A DNA stretch of 64,000 nucleotides from Acidimicrobiia bacterium (GCA_029939995.1 JAOZRW010000005.1:8730-72729), one strand, 5' to 3'. Shown: positions 18,121-27,546, counted from the first letter of the stretch. The notes: generated by a model from the sequence alone, not told the origin. Numbers and translations are program-made.

Positions 18121-19332
18121 ATGGTGGAAACTCGGCCGATGGATCGCACGACGCTGTTCGAACTGTACGAAGCGCACGTCAACGCAGGCAAGATCGCCAC
18201 CTATGAACGCTACGGCATCGAAGCCGTCATGGGTCGCCGCGAGGGAGTCCGCTTCTGGGACGCCTACGAGGACCGGTCCTGGATCAACTGTCACTGCAAC
18301 GGCGGCGTGTTCAACCTCGGGCACCGCAACCCTCAGGTGCTCGCCGCGGTCCGCTCATCTCTGGACGACCGCGACATCGGGAACCACCATCTCCCGGCCG
18401 TCTCCCGGACGGAGCTGGCGCGGCGTCTGGTCGAAACGACGAGCGGCCTCCTTCCCGGCGTGGTGTTCGGCGTCGGCGGGGGCGAGGCCGTCGACCTCGC
18501 CATCAAGGTGAGTCGCGCCGCGACCGGGCGAACCGGGATCGTCAGCGCCCGCGGCGGGTTCCACGGACATACGGGGCTCGCTCTCGCCGCCGGTGACCCG
18601 GCCTATCGCGACCCGTTCGGACCGAACCCGCCCGGCTTCACCCAGGTTCCCTTCGACGACCTCTCCGCGATGAACGCTGCCGTCGGCGACGACACCGCAG
18701 CCGTCATCCTCGAGCCGGTCCCCGCCACCCTCGGGATGCCGATTCCCGACCCCGGGTACCTGCCCGCCGTGCAGCGCATCTGCAGGGAGCGTGGGGCGAA
18801 GCTGATCCTCGACGAGGTGCAGACGGGTCTGGGGCGAACGGGGAAGATGTGGGCCTACGAGCACTGGGGCCTGGAACCGGACGTGGTCGTGACGGGCAAG
18901 GGGCTCTCGGGCGGCATCTACCCGATCTCGGCGACGTTGATGACCCGCGAGATCCACGCGCTGTTCGACACGGAGCCGTTCATCCACATCTCGACGTTCG
19001 GTGGGGCCGAACCGGGCGCCGCAGCGGCCCTCGCCGTCCTCGACGTCGTGGAGAGCCCGGGGTTCCTCTCCCACGTTGCCGAGCTCGAAGATCGCTTCGT
19101 AGCGGGCTTCGACGGGATGCCGTTCACGCTGCGGCATCTCGGGCTCATGATGGCGCTCGCGTTCCCCGTTCCCGATGCGGGCATGTTCGCGACGAAGCTC
19201 CTGTTCGACGCCGGGATCTTCGCCGTCTACGCCAACAACGACACGTCGGTGCTCCAGTTCCTCCCACCGCTCGTCACGACGGACGAGGAGGCGGACGAGA
19301 TCATCGGCATCGTCGGGTCGGTGTTCGGATGA
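18121..19332 (+). CDS. Class III pyridoxal-phosphate aminotransferase (ornithine / acetylornithine / omega-amino acid aminotransferase-like)
   Basis: About 400 aa; GxHGHT, DEVQTGLGRTG and PLP lysine in VVTGKGLSGG typical of AT-III enzymes. Confidence 0.85.
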   Translation: MVETRPMDRTTLFELYEAHVNAGKIATYERYGIEAVMGRREGVRFWDAYEDRSWINCHCNGGVFNLGHRNPQVLAAVRSSLDDRDIGNHHLPAVSRTELARRLVETTSGLLPGVVFGVGGGEAVDLAIKVSRAATGRTGIVSARGGFHGHTGLALAAGDPAYRDPFGPNPPGFTQVPFDDLSAMNAAVGDDTAAVILEPVPATLGMPIPDPGYLPAVQRICRERGAKLILDEVQTGLGRTGKMWAYEHWGLEPDVVVTGKGLSGGIYPISATLMTREIHALFDTEPFIHISTFGGAEPGAAAALAVLDVVESPGFLSHVAELEDRFVAGFDGMPFTLRHLGLMMALAFPVPDAGMFATKLLFDAGIFAVYANNDTSVLQFLPPLVTTDEEADEIIGIVGSVFG

Positions 19333-20195
19333 GGGAAGCGCTCGAGAATCTCGAACGCCGCGTGTCCCGGGCGCTCGCCACGGACGACCAGTCCCGGATC
19401 GACGTTCTCGGATACGGCGAGATCTCGACGGTCCTTCGCCTCGACGTCGACGGCCGATCGTACGCGTGCAAGCGGCTCCCCCCGTTCCCCGAATCCGCGA
19501 TCGAGCCCTACCGGACGGCGTGCACCGCCTATCTCGCTGCGCTCGGCGAGCGGGGCGTGAGGACCGCGTCATCCACGATCGAGATCGTCCCGACCGGGGG
19601 CGAACCGGCGGTCTACTGCGTTCAGCCGATCGAAGATCGGCTCCTCGTCGATCATCTCAGAACGACCGGTCGGAACGACGTGGCCGCCCTCGCAGAGCGC
19701 CTCGTCTCCCTGGTCTCGAGCACCATCGACGACCGGCTCGGTCTCGACGCCCAGATCTCGAACTGGGCCCTCGACGACGACGGCGAGTTCGTCTACATCG
19801 ACGTCACCACGCCGCTCATCCGCGACGCGAACGGCACCGAGATGCTCGACACGGATCTCTTCATCGCCTCGCTCCCGGCGTTCCTCCGACCGGTCGTCCG
19901 CCGGTTCCTGCTCGGTGAAATCCTCAGCCACTACTACGACGCCCGGGCGGCACTCCTCGACCTCATCGCGAACTTCAAGAAGGAGCGACTCGATGAGGCC
20001 ATACCGCTGTTCCTCGAGGTCGCGAACGGCACGGTCGAGCCACCCATCACGCGCAAGGAGGTGGACCGCTACTACCGCAGCGACGCCGTGATGTGGGAGG
20101 TTCTCCAGCGTCTCCGACGAACCGACCGATCGTGGCAGCGTAGGATTCGGAGACGGGGCTACCCGTTCCTGCTCCCCGGGAAGGTGGATCGCTGA
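19329..20195 (+). CDS. Hypothetical protein with protein-kinase-like / phosphotransferase-like signatures
   Basis: ATG overlaps the aminotransferase stop (ATGA). G-loop-like LGYGEISTV, Lys in YACKRL, catalytic-loop-like DAQISNWALDDDGEFVYIDVTTP; fold assignment by inspection only. Confidence 0.45.
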   Translation: MREALENLERRVSRALATDDQSRIDVLGYGEISTVLRLDVDGRSYACKRLPPFPESAIEPYRTACTAYLAALGERGVRTASSTIEIVPTGGEPAVYCVQPIEDRLLVDHLRTTGRNDVAALAERLVSLVSSTIDDRLGLDAQISNWALDDDGEFVYIDVTTPLIRDANGTEMLDTDLFIASLPAFLRPVVRRFLLGEILSHYYDARAALLDLIANFKKERLDEAIPLFLEVANGTVEPPITRKEVDRYYRSDAVMWEVLQRLRRTDRSWQRRIRRRGYPFLLPGKVDR

Positions 20196-21388
20196 TGTGT
20201 GACACGATCGTCGTCGTGCGGCCCGACGGTGTGCTGTTCGCGAAGAACTCGGACCGGGATCCGAACGAGGCGCAGATCCCGGAATGGCATCCCGCCGCGG
20301 ATCACGGAGAGGGAGCGACGGTGCAGACGACCCGTCTCGAGATCCCGCAGGTCGCCCACACCCATGCGACGCTCCTGAGCCGACCGTTCTGGATGTGGGG
20401 AGCCGAGATCGGGGCGAACGAGCACGGCGTCGCGATCGGCAACGAGGCCGTGTTCACCGACCAGCCCTACGCCGATGAGGGCCTCACGGGGATGGACATG
20501 ATCCGTCTCGCGCTCGAACGGGCCGCGAGTGCCGAGGACGCCGTCGCGGTCATCGTCGACCTCCTCGAACGCTACGGACAGGGCGGCGGCGCCGGATACG
20601 AGCATCCGGAGTTCACCTATCACAACTCGTTCATCGTCGCCGATCCCACCGACGCCTGGGTGCTGGAGACGGCCGGTTCGCTCTGGGCGACCGAGCAGGT
20701 CACGTCGGGTGTGCGGACGATCTCCAACGGGTTGACGATCCCCGGCTTCGCCGACGACCACCGGGAGCCGCTGAGGGTCAAGACGAAAGTCTCGGCCTGC
20801 GACATCCGGACGAGACTCACCGCCGGTTCGGCCTCCGGCGCGACCGGACCCGGAGATCTGATGGCGACGCTCCGCTCGCACGGCCCGGACCGCTGGCCTC
20901 GCTACAAGGTGCTCAACGGCACGCTGTCCATCCCCTGCATGCACGGCGGCGGTGTCGCCGCCTCGTCGTCGAGCGTCGCCGGATGGATCTCCGACCTGTC
21001 GAGCGGAACCCACTGGATCACCGGCACCTCTGCACAGTGTCTCGCCCTGTTCAAACCGGTTCGGGTCGACGAACCGGTCGACATCGGCCCGATCCCCGAC
21101 GGTCACGACGACGGCGCGAGCCTCTGGTGGCGGCACGAGCGCATGGCACGCACCGTCATGCGCGACCCGGACCGGCTCGCGAACCTGTTCCTCGACGAAC
21201 GCGACGCCGTCGAAGCCCGCTGGCTGAGCGAACCGCCGACCGGACAGTCGGCGTTCGACGAAGGCTCGGCGCTCCTCGACCGGTGGGCACGAGCGGTGGC
21301 TGAGGCCGCCGGCGACGAGGACGTACGGCCGCTGTGGGCCCGGAGCTACTGGAAGAAACGGGACCGGACGGCGCGGCTCGGCGCGTAG
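20195..21388 (+). CDS. Peptidase C69 / secernin-like Ntn-hydrolase (N-terminal Cys nucleophile)
   Basis: MCDTIVVVRPDGVLFAKNSDRDPNEAQ matches the secernin/C69 N-terminus (CDTFVA...GKNSDRP); start shares one nt with the upstream stop (TGATG). Confidence 0.6.
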   Translation: MCDTIVVVRPDGVLFAKNSDRDPNEAQIPEWHPAADHGEGATVQTTRLEIPQVAHTHATLLSRPFWMWGAEIGANEHGVAIGNEAVFTDQPYADEGLTGMDMIRLALERAASAEDAVAVIVDLLERYGQGGGAGYEHPEFTYHNSFIVADPTDAWVLETAGSLWATEQVTSGVRTISNGLTIPGFADDHREPLRVKTKVSACDIRTRLTAGSASGATGPGDLMATLRSHGPDRWPRYKVLNGTLSIPCMHGGGVAASSSSVAGWISDLSSGTHWITGTSAQCLALFKPVRVDEPVDIGPIPDGHDDGASLWWRHERMARTVMRDPDRLANLFLDERDAVEARWLSEPPTGQSAFDEGSALLDRWARAVAEAAGDEDVRPLWARSYWKKRDRTARLGA

Positions 21389-21397
21389 GATCGGTCC

Positions 21398-21631
21398 ATG
21401 GCACGAGCGATCCAGGAGATGCCCGACGATGTCCGCGCCGAGATCGCTGAGCGGGATCTGACGGACGCCTACGAGACGCGTCCGTTCTACCAGCGCAACG
21501 ACTACCTCGCCTGGATCGGACGAGCGAAACGCCCCGAGACACGGCGGAAGAGAATCGACCAGATGCTCGACGAGCTCGACCGTGGCGGCGTCTACATGGG
21601 GATGGACCACCCACCGAGCCGGAGGCAGTGA
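21398..21631 (+). CDS. Small YdeI/OmpD-associated-family-like protein
   Basis: 77 aa; ...YLAWIGRAKRPETRRKRIDQMLDELDRGG... resembles the conserved C-terminal motif of YdeI-family proteins. Confidence 0.4.
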   Translation: MARAIQEMPDDVRAEIAERDLTDAYETRPFYQRNDYLAWIGRAKRPETRRKRIDQMLDELDRGGVYMGMDHPPSRRQ

Positions 21632-21742
21632 CCGCCGGCCACCGGGAACTGTCGTAACTCCGACACGTCGGGGACGGAACTCGCGGTCCTCTCGTTGAAC
21701 CATGCGTAGACATCGAGCAGGCGACCGGGAGCTCAGAACACC

Positions 21743-22960
21743 ATGAGAACATCGAGACTGGCATTCTTCGTCGTCGCGACGGCCCTCGTCGCCGCCGCAT
21801 GCGGGGCGAGCAGCGGCGACGACGACGCGACCACGGAAGCCGCTCCGACGACGTCCACGACGATCGTTTCATCCACGACGGGCCCGTCGACCGGCAGCCT
21901 CCCCGAAGGCCCGTCGGCCCTCGAAGACCGCTACGACGCATCGTTCCCGACGCCGCTCATCGATCCGGACGACATCCTCTCCGGAGGCCCGCCGCCGGAC
22001 GGCATCCCACCGATCGACGATCCCAAGTTCGTCTCCGTGGCCGAGGCCGACGAGTGGCTCAACGATCAGGAGCCGGTGCTGGTGGTGGACGTCGACGGTG
22101 ACGTTCGCGCGTACCCGATCCAGATCTTGATGTGGCACGAGATCGTCAACGACACGGTCGGCGGCGTTCCCGTCGCGGTGACGTACTGCCCGCTGTGCAA
22201 CTCGGCGATCACGTTCGAACGGACCGTGCGAGGCGTCGAGACGACGTTCGGCACCTCGGGGAGCCTGTACTTCGCCAACCTCGTGATGTACGACCGGGCC
22301 ACGGAGAGCCTGTGGAACCAGCTCAACGGCGCCGCCGTGGTCGGCGTCCTGACCGGAGAGACGCTCAACCAGATCCCCTCGTCGATGGTGTCCTGGAAGG
22401 ACTTCAAAGAGGACCGGCCGGAAGGGAAGGTGCTCGACCGGAACCGCACGGGAGCGAACCGCCGCTACGGCACGAACCCGTACACGGGCCTCGACGATCC
22501 GAACGGACAGCCGTTCCTCTTCCAGGGAGACGTCGACGTTCGCGCGAAGGCGATGCAACGGGTCGTCGCCATCGACGGCGACGGCGAAGCGGCAGCCTGG
22601 GCGCTCGATGCGCTCGTCGAGGGAGAAGCCGCGGTCACCGAAGCCGAGTTCGACGGCGAGCCGATCGTCATCTTCTGGAAGAACGGCCAGGCATCGGCGC
22701 TCGACACGTCGGATATCGCCGCCGGGCGCGACATCGGCACCGTCGGCGTGTTCTCCCCCATCCTCGACGGCCGGGAGTTGACCTTCAGCGCCGAGGGGAC
22801 GACGTTCGTCGACGCAGAGACGGGAACGACCTGGAACGTGCTCGGCGATGCGGTCTCCGGACCGCTGGAAGGGCAGGCGCTCGAACCGGTCACGTTCGTT
22901 CGTACGTTCTGGTTCTCCTGGGCGGCGTTCCGCCCCGACACGGTGCTCTACGAGAGCTGA
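21743..22960 (+). CDS. DUF3179 domain-containing secreted lipoprotein
   Basis: Lipobox LVAAAC, Thr/Ser-rich linker, then PPIDDPKF...RAYPIQILMWHEIVNDTVGGVPVAVTYCPLCNS, the DUF3179 signature. Confidence 0.7.
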   Translation: MRTSRLAFFVVATALVAAACGASSGDDDATTEAAPTTSTTIVSSTTGPSTGSLPEGPSALEDRYDASFPTPLIDPDDILSGGPPPDGIPPIDDPKFVSVAEADEWLNDQEPVLVVDVDGDVRAYPIQILMWHEIVNDTVGGVPVAVTYCPLCNSAITFERTVRGVETTFGTSGSLYFANLVMYDRATESLWNQLNGAAVVGVLTGETLNQIPSSMVSWKDFKEDRPEGKVLDRNRTGANRRYGTNPYTGLDDPNGQPFLFQGDVDVRAKAMQRVVAIDGDGEAAAWALDALVEGEAAVTEAEFDGEPIVIFWKNGQASALDTSDIAAGRDIGTVGVFSPILDGRELTFSAEGTTFVDAETGTTWNVLGDAVSGPLEGQALEPVTFVRTFWFSWAAFRPDTVLYES

Positions 22961-22987
22961 CGCCCGGGGATGCCGTGGCGTCGGGCC

Positions 22988-23302
22988 TCACTCGGAGACG
23001 GGCTCGTGCACCGGCATGGGGAGCGTCCGGTCGATGACCAGCGAATAGGTTGCGGGGACGTCGACGATGAACGGGCACTCGTCGAGACCGACGCAGGTCG
23101 TGCCGCAGGCGACGCCCGAACATGCCACGGTCTCGCCGGGGCCCGGATCGGACGGCGAATCGAGGATGCCCTTGTCCGCGAGCACCCCGATCATCCCGGT
23201 GAGCGCCGAGTCGGAGACCCCGATGCGACGGGCCAGATCGCTCGACCGGATCGGTCCCCTGGCGGCCCGGAGCTCGTCGAGCAGGTGATCGAGGATCGTC
23301 AT
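22988..23302 (-). CDS. feoC: FeoC-like winged-helix protein with a C-terminal Cys cluster
   Basis: MTILDHLLDELRAARGPIRSSDLARRIGVSDSALTGMIGVLADKGIL then CSGVACGTTCVGLDECP; ATG overlaps the feoB stop (ATGA). Confidence 0.6.
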   Translation of the reverse strand: MTILDHLLDELRAARGPIRSSDLARRIGVSDSALTGMIGVLADKGILDSPSDPGPGETVACSGVACGTTCVGLDECPFIVDVPATYSLVIDRTLPMPVHEPVSE

Positions 23303-25005
23303 CCGAGACCCACCAGTTTCCCGATCTGGAACACGACGACGGCCATCACCCACGCGAGGGCCGTCTGTCCGACGATGCTCGACCACATCCACCGGGAGCC
23401 GATCTCGTGGCGGATCGCACCGACGGCGGCCACGCACGGGGTGTAGATGAGGATGAACACCATGAACGCGAGAGCGGCTGCGGCCCCGTGCCCTCCGCTG
23501 CTCTCCTCGAACCCGTCGCGGATCGATGCCGACAACCCGCCCGAAGGCCCCTCCTCCGCATCGGACCCGAGGTTGATCCCGACGATGGATGGGATCGACT
23601 CGACGGCTCTGACGGTCGCCGTACCGAATCCGGTGAAGATGCTGCCGATCGATGCGGCGAGACCCGGCTCGTCCGCCGTCTCGACCTCCTCCACCCCGTA
23701 CACCTGCGCCATGGTCGACACGACCACCTCTTTCGCGACGAGGCCGGACATGAGCGCCCCCGCCGCCTCCCACGAACCGAACCCGGCGGGGCTGAGCACG
23801 GGAGCGACGACCCCGGAGACGGCGGCGAATGCGGAGTCGTCGACGTCGGTGTTCCCGAACGACCCGCTTCCCCCCACCGGTATCGCCATGAAGAACCACA
23901 CGACGATCGTCGTGATGAAGATGATCGAACCGGCCTCTTTCAGGAACGCCTTCGTGCGCGTCGACGTCTGGAACCACATCGTGCGAACGGTCGGCAGTCG
24001 ATAGGGCGGCATCTCCATGATCGCCGGGAGCGGGTCCGTCACGGGGAGGACGGATCGTTTCAGAACGAACCCGACCGCCAGGGCGACGACGATGCCCAGC
24101 AGGTACATGGCGAACACGGCGAGTCCGGCGTACCGGGGGAAGAAGACCGACGCCATCACCACGTAGACGGGAAGCCGGGCCCCGCAGCTCATGAATGGAA
24201 CGAGCAGGGTCGTCAAGATCCGGTCGCGCTCGTTCTCGAGCGTCCGGGTGGCGTAGATCGCGGGGACCGTGCATCCGAAGCCGACGAGCATCGGAAGGAA
24301 GCTCTTGCCCTGGAGCCCGACGCCGCGCATGACCCGGTCCATGACGAACGCCGCCCTGGCCATGTACCCGCTGTCCTCGAGGAGCGCCAGGGCGAAGTAC
24401 AGCGAGAACAGCACCGGGATGAACACGAGCACCGCGCCGATACCCGCCACGACACCGTCGGCGAACAGGCCCTCGACCCATGTTCCCCCCAGTCCGATCG
24501 CCGACATCAAGCTCCGGACGAGGTGGTCGATCGGACCGGCGATCGAGCCGTCGATCCAGTCGAGGAACGCGCCGGCGACGTCGGTCGTGATCTTGAAGAC
24601 GATCCACATCAGGGCGAGGAAGATCGGGATGCCGAGGAACCGGTTCGTGACGACCGAGTCGATCCGATCGGTTCGGGTTCCGTCCCGGCGACCGCTCGTG
24701 TCGGTGACCGCCCGGGCGATGTCGTTGACCGCCTGGAAGCGGGCGCCGGCGATCGCCGTCTCGGATGACGTTCCCATGGTGGCCCGAAGCTCGGAGACCA
24801 GCCGGTCGCGCTCCCGGAGGATCCGGTTGCCTCCGTCGAACGAAGCGATCTGCTCCGGTATGCCGGCGTCCTCGTCGATGAGCGCGACGGCGAGCCACCG
24901 CGTGTCGAATCGCTCGGCGACCTCCGGGGCGGCTTCGATCTCCCTCGTCAGACGTGCGATCGCCGACTCGACGTCGGGCCCGTAGTCGATCCTGAAGTCG
25001 CTCAC
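23299..25005 (-). CDS. feoB: Ferrous iron transporter FeoB, membrane portion (GDI-like domain + gate/core TM domains) encoded separately from the G domain
   Basis: 568 aa polytopic membrane protein with FeoB C-terminal motifs (LPMLVGFGCTVPAIYATRTLENERDR, IYTPCVAAVGAIRHE); GTG start overlaps the stop of the G-domain ORF (GTGA). Confidence 0.8.
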   Translation of the reverse strand: MSDFRIDYGPDVESAIARLTREIEAAPEVAERFDTRWLAVALIDEDAGIPEQIASFDGGNRILRERDRLVSELRATMGTSSETAIAGARFQAVNDIARAVTDTSGRRDGTRTDRIDSVVTNRFLGIPIFLALMWIVFKITTDVAGAFLDWIDGSIAGPIDHLVRSLMSAIGLGGTWVEGLFADGVVAGIGAVLVFIPVLFSLYFALALLEDSGYMARAAFVMDRVMRGVGLQGKSFLPMLVGFGCTVPAIYATRTLENERDRILTTLLVPFMSCGARLPVYVVMASVFFPRYAGLAVFAMYLLGIVVALAVGFVLKRSVLPVTDPLPAIMEMPPYRLPTVRTMWFQTSTRTKAFLKEAGSIIFITTIVVWFFMAIPVGGSGSFGNTDVDDSAFAAVSGVVAPVLSPAGFGSWEAAGALMSGLVAKEVVVSTMAQVYGVEEVETADEPGLAASIGSIFTGFGTATVRAVESIPSIVGINLGSDAEEGPSGGLSASIRDGFEESSGGHGAAAALAFMVFILIYTPCVAAVGAIRHEIGSRWMWSSIVGQTALAWVMAVVVFQIGKLVGLG

Positions 25006-25559
25006 GACGTCGTCTCCCGGGCGGCGACACGGACCACGGCGTCCTTCAGCGCTTCGATGCCCGTGCCGCTCCGTGCCACCATCGGCACGACCGGGATGCC
25101 GAGACGCTCCGCGAGCGCGCCGTCGTCGACCTGGAGCCCGCGGGAAACCGCCACGTCGGTCATGTTGAGAACGAGGACCGTCGGCACACCGGTCTCGAGC
25201 ACCTGGAGGGCGAGATACAGGTTCCGTTCCAGGTTCGCGGCGTCCACCACGATGATGACGGCGTCCGGTTCACCGCTCACGAGGTAGTCGCGGGCGATCA
25301 TCTCTTCGGGGGACGCGGCGTTCAGGCTGTAGGTGCCGGGGAGATCGACGATCTCGACGGTGTAGCCGTGGTGGGTGAACGATCCGTGCGTCCGGGACAC
25401 GGTCTTTCCGGGCCAGTTCCCGACATGCTGCTTGGCACCTGTGAGGAGGTTGAAGATCGACGACTTCCCGGTGTTCGGATTCCCGGCGAGCGCCACGGTC
25501 AGGTCGCCGGGGATCGGCTCGACGATCCCCTCGCCGCCGCACTCCTCGCACCCGCCCAT
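25002..25559 (-). CDS. feoB: FeoB G-domain (small GTPase) as a stand-alone 185-aa protein with a Cys-rich N-terminal extension
   Basis: MGGCEECGGEG..., G1 GNPNTGKSS, G2/G3 DLPGTYSL, G4 NMTD; ends exactly where the membrane-domain ORF begins. Confidence 0.75.
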   Translation of the reverse strand: MGGCEECGGEGIVEPIPGDLTVALAGNPNTGKSSIFNLLTGAKQHVGNWPGKTVSRTHGSFTHHGYTVEIVDLPGTYSLNAASPEEMIARDYLVSGEPDAVIIVVDAANLERNLYLALQVLETGVPTVLVLNMTDVAVSRGLQVDDGALAERLGIPVVPMVARSGTGIEALKDAVVRVAARETTS

Positions 25560-25798
25560 CAGCCGTCCCTCCGCACAACGACGAGATCGGCGTCTTCGCG
25601 GCGGATCGCGACGCGGGATTCCATGACCGCGTACTCGATCGGATCTCCGAGGGGGGCGGCGCGCACCGCCGTCACCCGCGCTCCCGGGACGAATCCCATC
25701 TCGGCGAACCGTCGGACGGCGGCTTCGTCGGCGAATCCGACGACGACGCCGTCGGCGCCGATCGGCAGGTGCCCGAGGGGGATCGTGTCGCCGTTCAC
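25559..25798 (-). CDS. feoA: FeoA (SH3-like ferrous iron transport protein A)
   Basis: 79 aa, GTG start with GGAGG RBS; PLGHLPIGADGVVVGF...GFVPGARVTAV...PIEYAV typical FeoA; overlaps ideR stop (GTGA) and the feoB start (TGATG). Confidence 0.75.
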   Translation of the reverse strand: MNGDTIPLGHLPIGADGVVVGFADEAAVRRFAEMGFVPGARVTAVRAAPLGDPIEYAVMESRVAIRREDADLVVVRRDG

Positions 25799-26466
25799 TG
25801 TGCCTCCACCAGGATCCCGTCGGCCAGTTCGCTCGCGAGGTCGAGGCTCGATCCGTCGATGGAGACGAGCCGCTCGCCTCGCCTGCCGATGCCGAGCACT
25901 TCGATGGGCACGCCGGGTGCCAGGCCCTGATCGGCGGCGAACGCGGCGAGCGGCGGAGCGAGCTCGATCGCAGCGATCACCCGGTGTGCACCGGCCGGAA
26001 CCGCGGACAACGCCTCGACCCTGACCGCCGGCGCCGAAGCGTCGCCCGATGGGATGGCGCGGCCGCGCGGGCCGGCCATGGGGTCGCCGAGAAAGCCCGA
26101 CAGCAGGTCGGCGACGTCGTCGGGGGTCACGTGTTCGAGATCGCATGCGATCGTGTCGGCCCGTCGAGCGCTCAAGCCGAGATGCTGTGAGAGGAACACG
26201 CCCCACAGTCTGCGTCGCCGCAGGATCGACGAAGCGACCGACCGGCCGGCGCCCGTCAACGTGACTCCCCGGTACGGCTCGTAGTCGACGTAGCCGCGCG
26301 CGGCGAGCTTGCGGACCATCTGGTTCGCCGAGACTCCCGAGACGTCGAGGCACTTGGCGATGTGGGAGACGGGGATCGGCTCGCTCCGGCCGTCCTCGAC
26401 CGCGGTCGCGATGGTGATGAGGTACATCTCTTCGGCTTCGGACGTCGCCTCGATGTGCTGAACCAT
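25795..26466 (-). CDS. ideR: DtxR/IdeR-family metal-dependent transcriptional regulator with a C-terminal FeoA/SH3-like domain
   Basis: N-terminal wHTH and metal-site region (EMYLITIATAVEDG...HIAKCLDVSGVSANQMVRKLAARGYV...), C-terminal SH3-like domain. Confidence 0.8.
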   Translation of the reverse strand: MVQHIEATSEAEEMYLITIATAVEDGRSEPIPVSHIAKCLDVSGVSANQMVRKLAARGYVDYEPYRGVTLTGAGRSVASSILRRRRLWGVFLSQHLGLSARRADTIACDLEHVTPDDVADLLSGFLGDPMAGPRGRAIPSGDASAPAVRVEALSAVPAGAHRVIAAIELAPPLAAFAADQGLAPGVPIEVLGIGRRGERLVSIDGSSLDLASELADGILVEAQ

Positions 26467-26491
26467 GACTATGTACGCCTTCGGAAAATGT

Positions 26492-26510
26492 TTAGGTCGT
26501 CCTTATCTTA
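26492..26510. promoter_or_regulatory. Candidate iron-box-like operator (TTAGGTCGTCCTTATCTTA) immediately upstream of ideR
   Basis: 12 of 19 positions match the DtxR/IdeR consensus TTAGGTTAGGCTAACCTAA; about 25 bp upstream of the ideR start; weak. Confidence 0.25.
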
Positions 26511-26609
26511 GTGTGACTCTTCGTGTCTCGATCCGCCGTCGCCCAATTTCGGCCGATCCACCGATAGCCTGGTTCGGGCAGGGATTCACCACCAACCGGG
26601 AGTCACCAC

Positions 26610-27008
26610 ATGCGACAGTTCCTCCGCTCGAAGATCCACCGGGCGACGATCACTCAAACGGACCTCCACTACGAGGGTTCGCTCACGCTCGACCGGGATC
26701 TCATGGATGCGGCGTCGATCGCCGACCACGAAGTCATCCACGTCGTCAACGTGAACAACGGCGAGCGATTCACAACGTACGCGATCGAAGGCGATCGAGG
26801 CTCCGGAATCGTCGGTCTCAACGGTGCGGCCGCCCGTCTCGGCATGCCGGGAGATCTCGTCATCATCATGACCTTCCACTTCGCAGACGTCGCCGACGGG
26901 GAGGCCCCTCCGGAACCGCTCGTCGTGGCCGTCGACGACGGCAACAGGGTCGCGCTCCACCGACACCGCACGTCGGAATCGCTACCGGAACGGCCTGCGA
27001 CCGCGTAG
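26610..27008 (+). CDS. panD: Aspartate 1-decarboxylase (pyruvoyl-dependent)
   Basis: MRQFLRSKIHRATITQTDLHYEGSLTLD...; classic PanD N-terminus with the GS cleavage site. Confidence 0.85.
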   Translation: MRQFLRSKIHRATITQTDLHYEGSLTLDRDLMDAASIADHEVIHVVNVNNGERFTTYAIEGDRGSGIVGLNGAAARLGMPGDLVIIMTFHFADVADGEAPPEPLVVAVDDGNRVALHRHRTSESLPERPATA

Positions 27009-27018
27009 GGTCGATGCA

Positions 27019-27510
27019 ATGAACGACCTCATCGGAACCTGGCGACTCGTCGAATGGACGTTCACCGTGAACGGCTCTCGACCGACCCGCCCGTGGGGCG
27101 GCAACCCGACGGGGCTGCTCACCTACACGGAGGACGGCAGGATGAACGCGTCGCTCATGAGCCACGCCCGGCCACCCGCCGCTACCCGCACACTCAGTGC
27201 GGCCCCGGTCGACATCCGGGCGGCCGCGGCCGCCGGTTACCTCACGTACGCCGGGTCCTACTCGTTCGACGGTGACGACGTTCTGCATCACATCGAACTC
27301 AGCCTCATGCCGAACTGGGTCGGCACGACCGAGCGACGTCACGTCGATTGGGTCCCGGCCGGGGACACGATGGATCTCGTCCTCTCGACGCCGCCGACGC
27401 CGACGGACGGCGGGCGCCTGGCTGTGAATCGTCTGCGATGGGCGCTGCTTCTCCCCGCCGGGGACGGGTCGAACGGCGAAATTCGCACGAGCCGGACCCG
27501 CGGCCGGTAG
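27019..27510 (+). CDS. Lipocalin-like domain protein
   Basis: LIGTWRLVEWTF motif (GxWxLxxW) typical of the bacterial lipocalin-like domain. Confidence 0.45.
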   Translation: MNDLIGTWRLVEWTFTVNGSRPTRPWGGNPTGLLTYTEDGRMNASLMSHARPPAATRTLSAAPVDIRAAAAAGYLTYAGSYSFDGDDVLHHIELSLMPNWVGTTERRHVDWVPAGDTMDLVLSTPPTPTDGGRLAVNRLRWALLLPAGDGSNGEIRTSRTRGR

Positions 27511-27546
27511 CCTCAACGAAGTCTCACCGCCTCGATCGGGGGAGTT

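Noticed and set aside
21156-21941. 261-aa minus-strand ORF overlapping the C69 peptidase and YdeI-like genes
   Set aside because: Ser/Arg/Pro-rich antisense translation; the plus-strand genes have credible motifs and coupled junctions.
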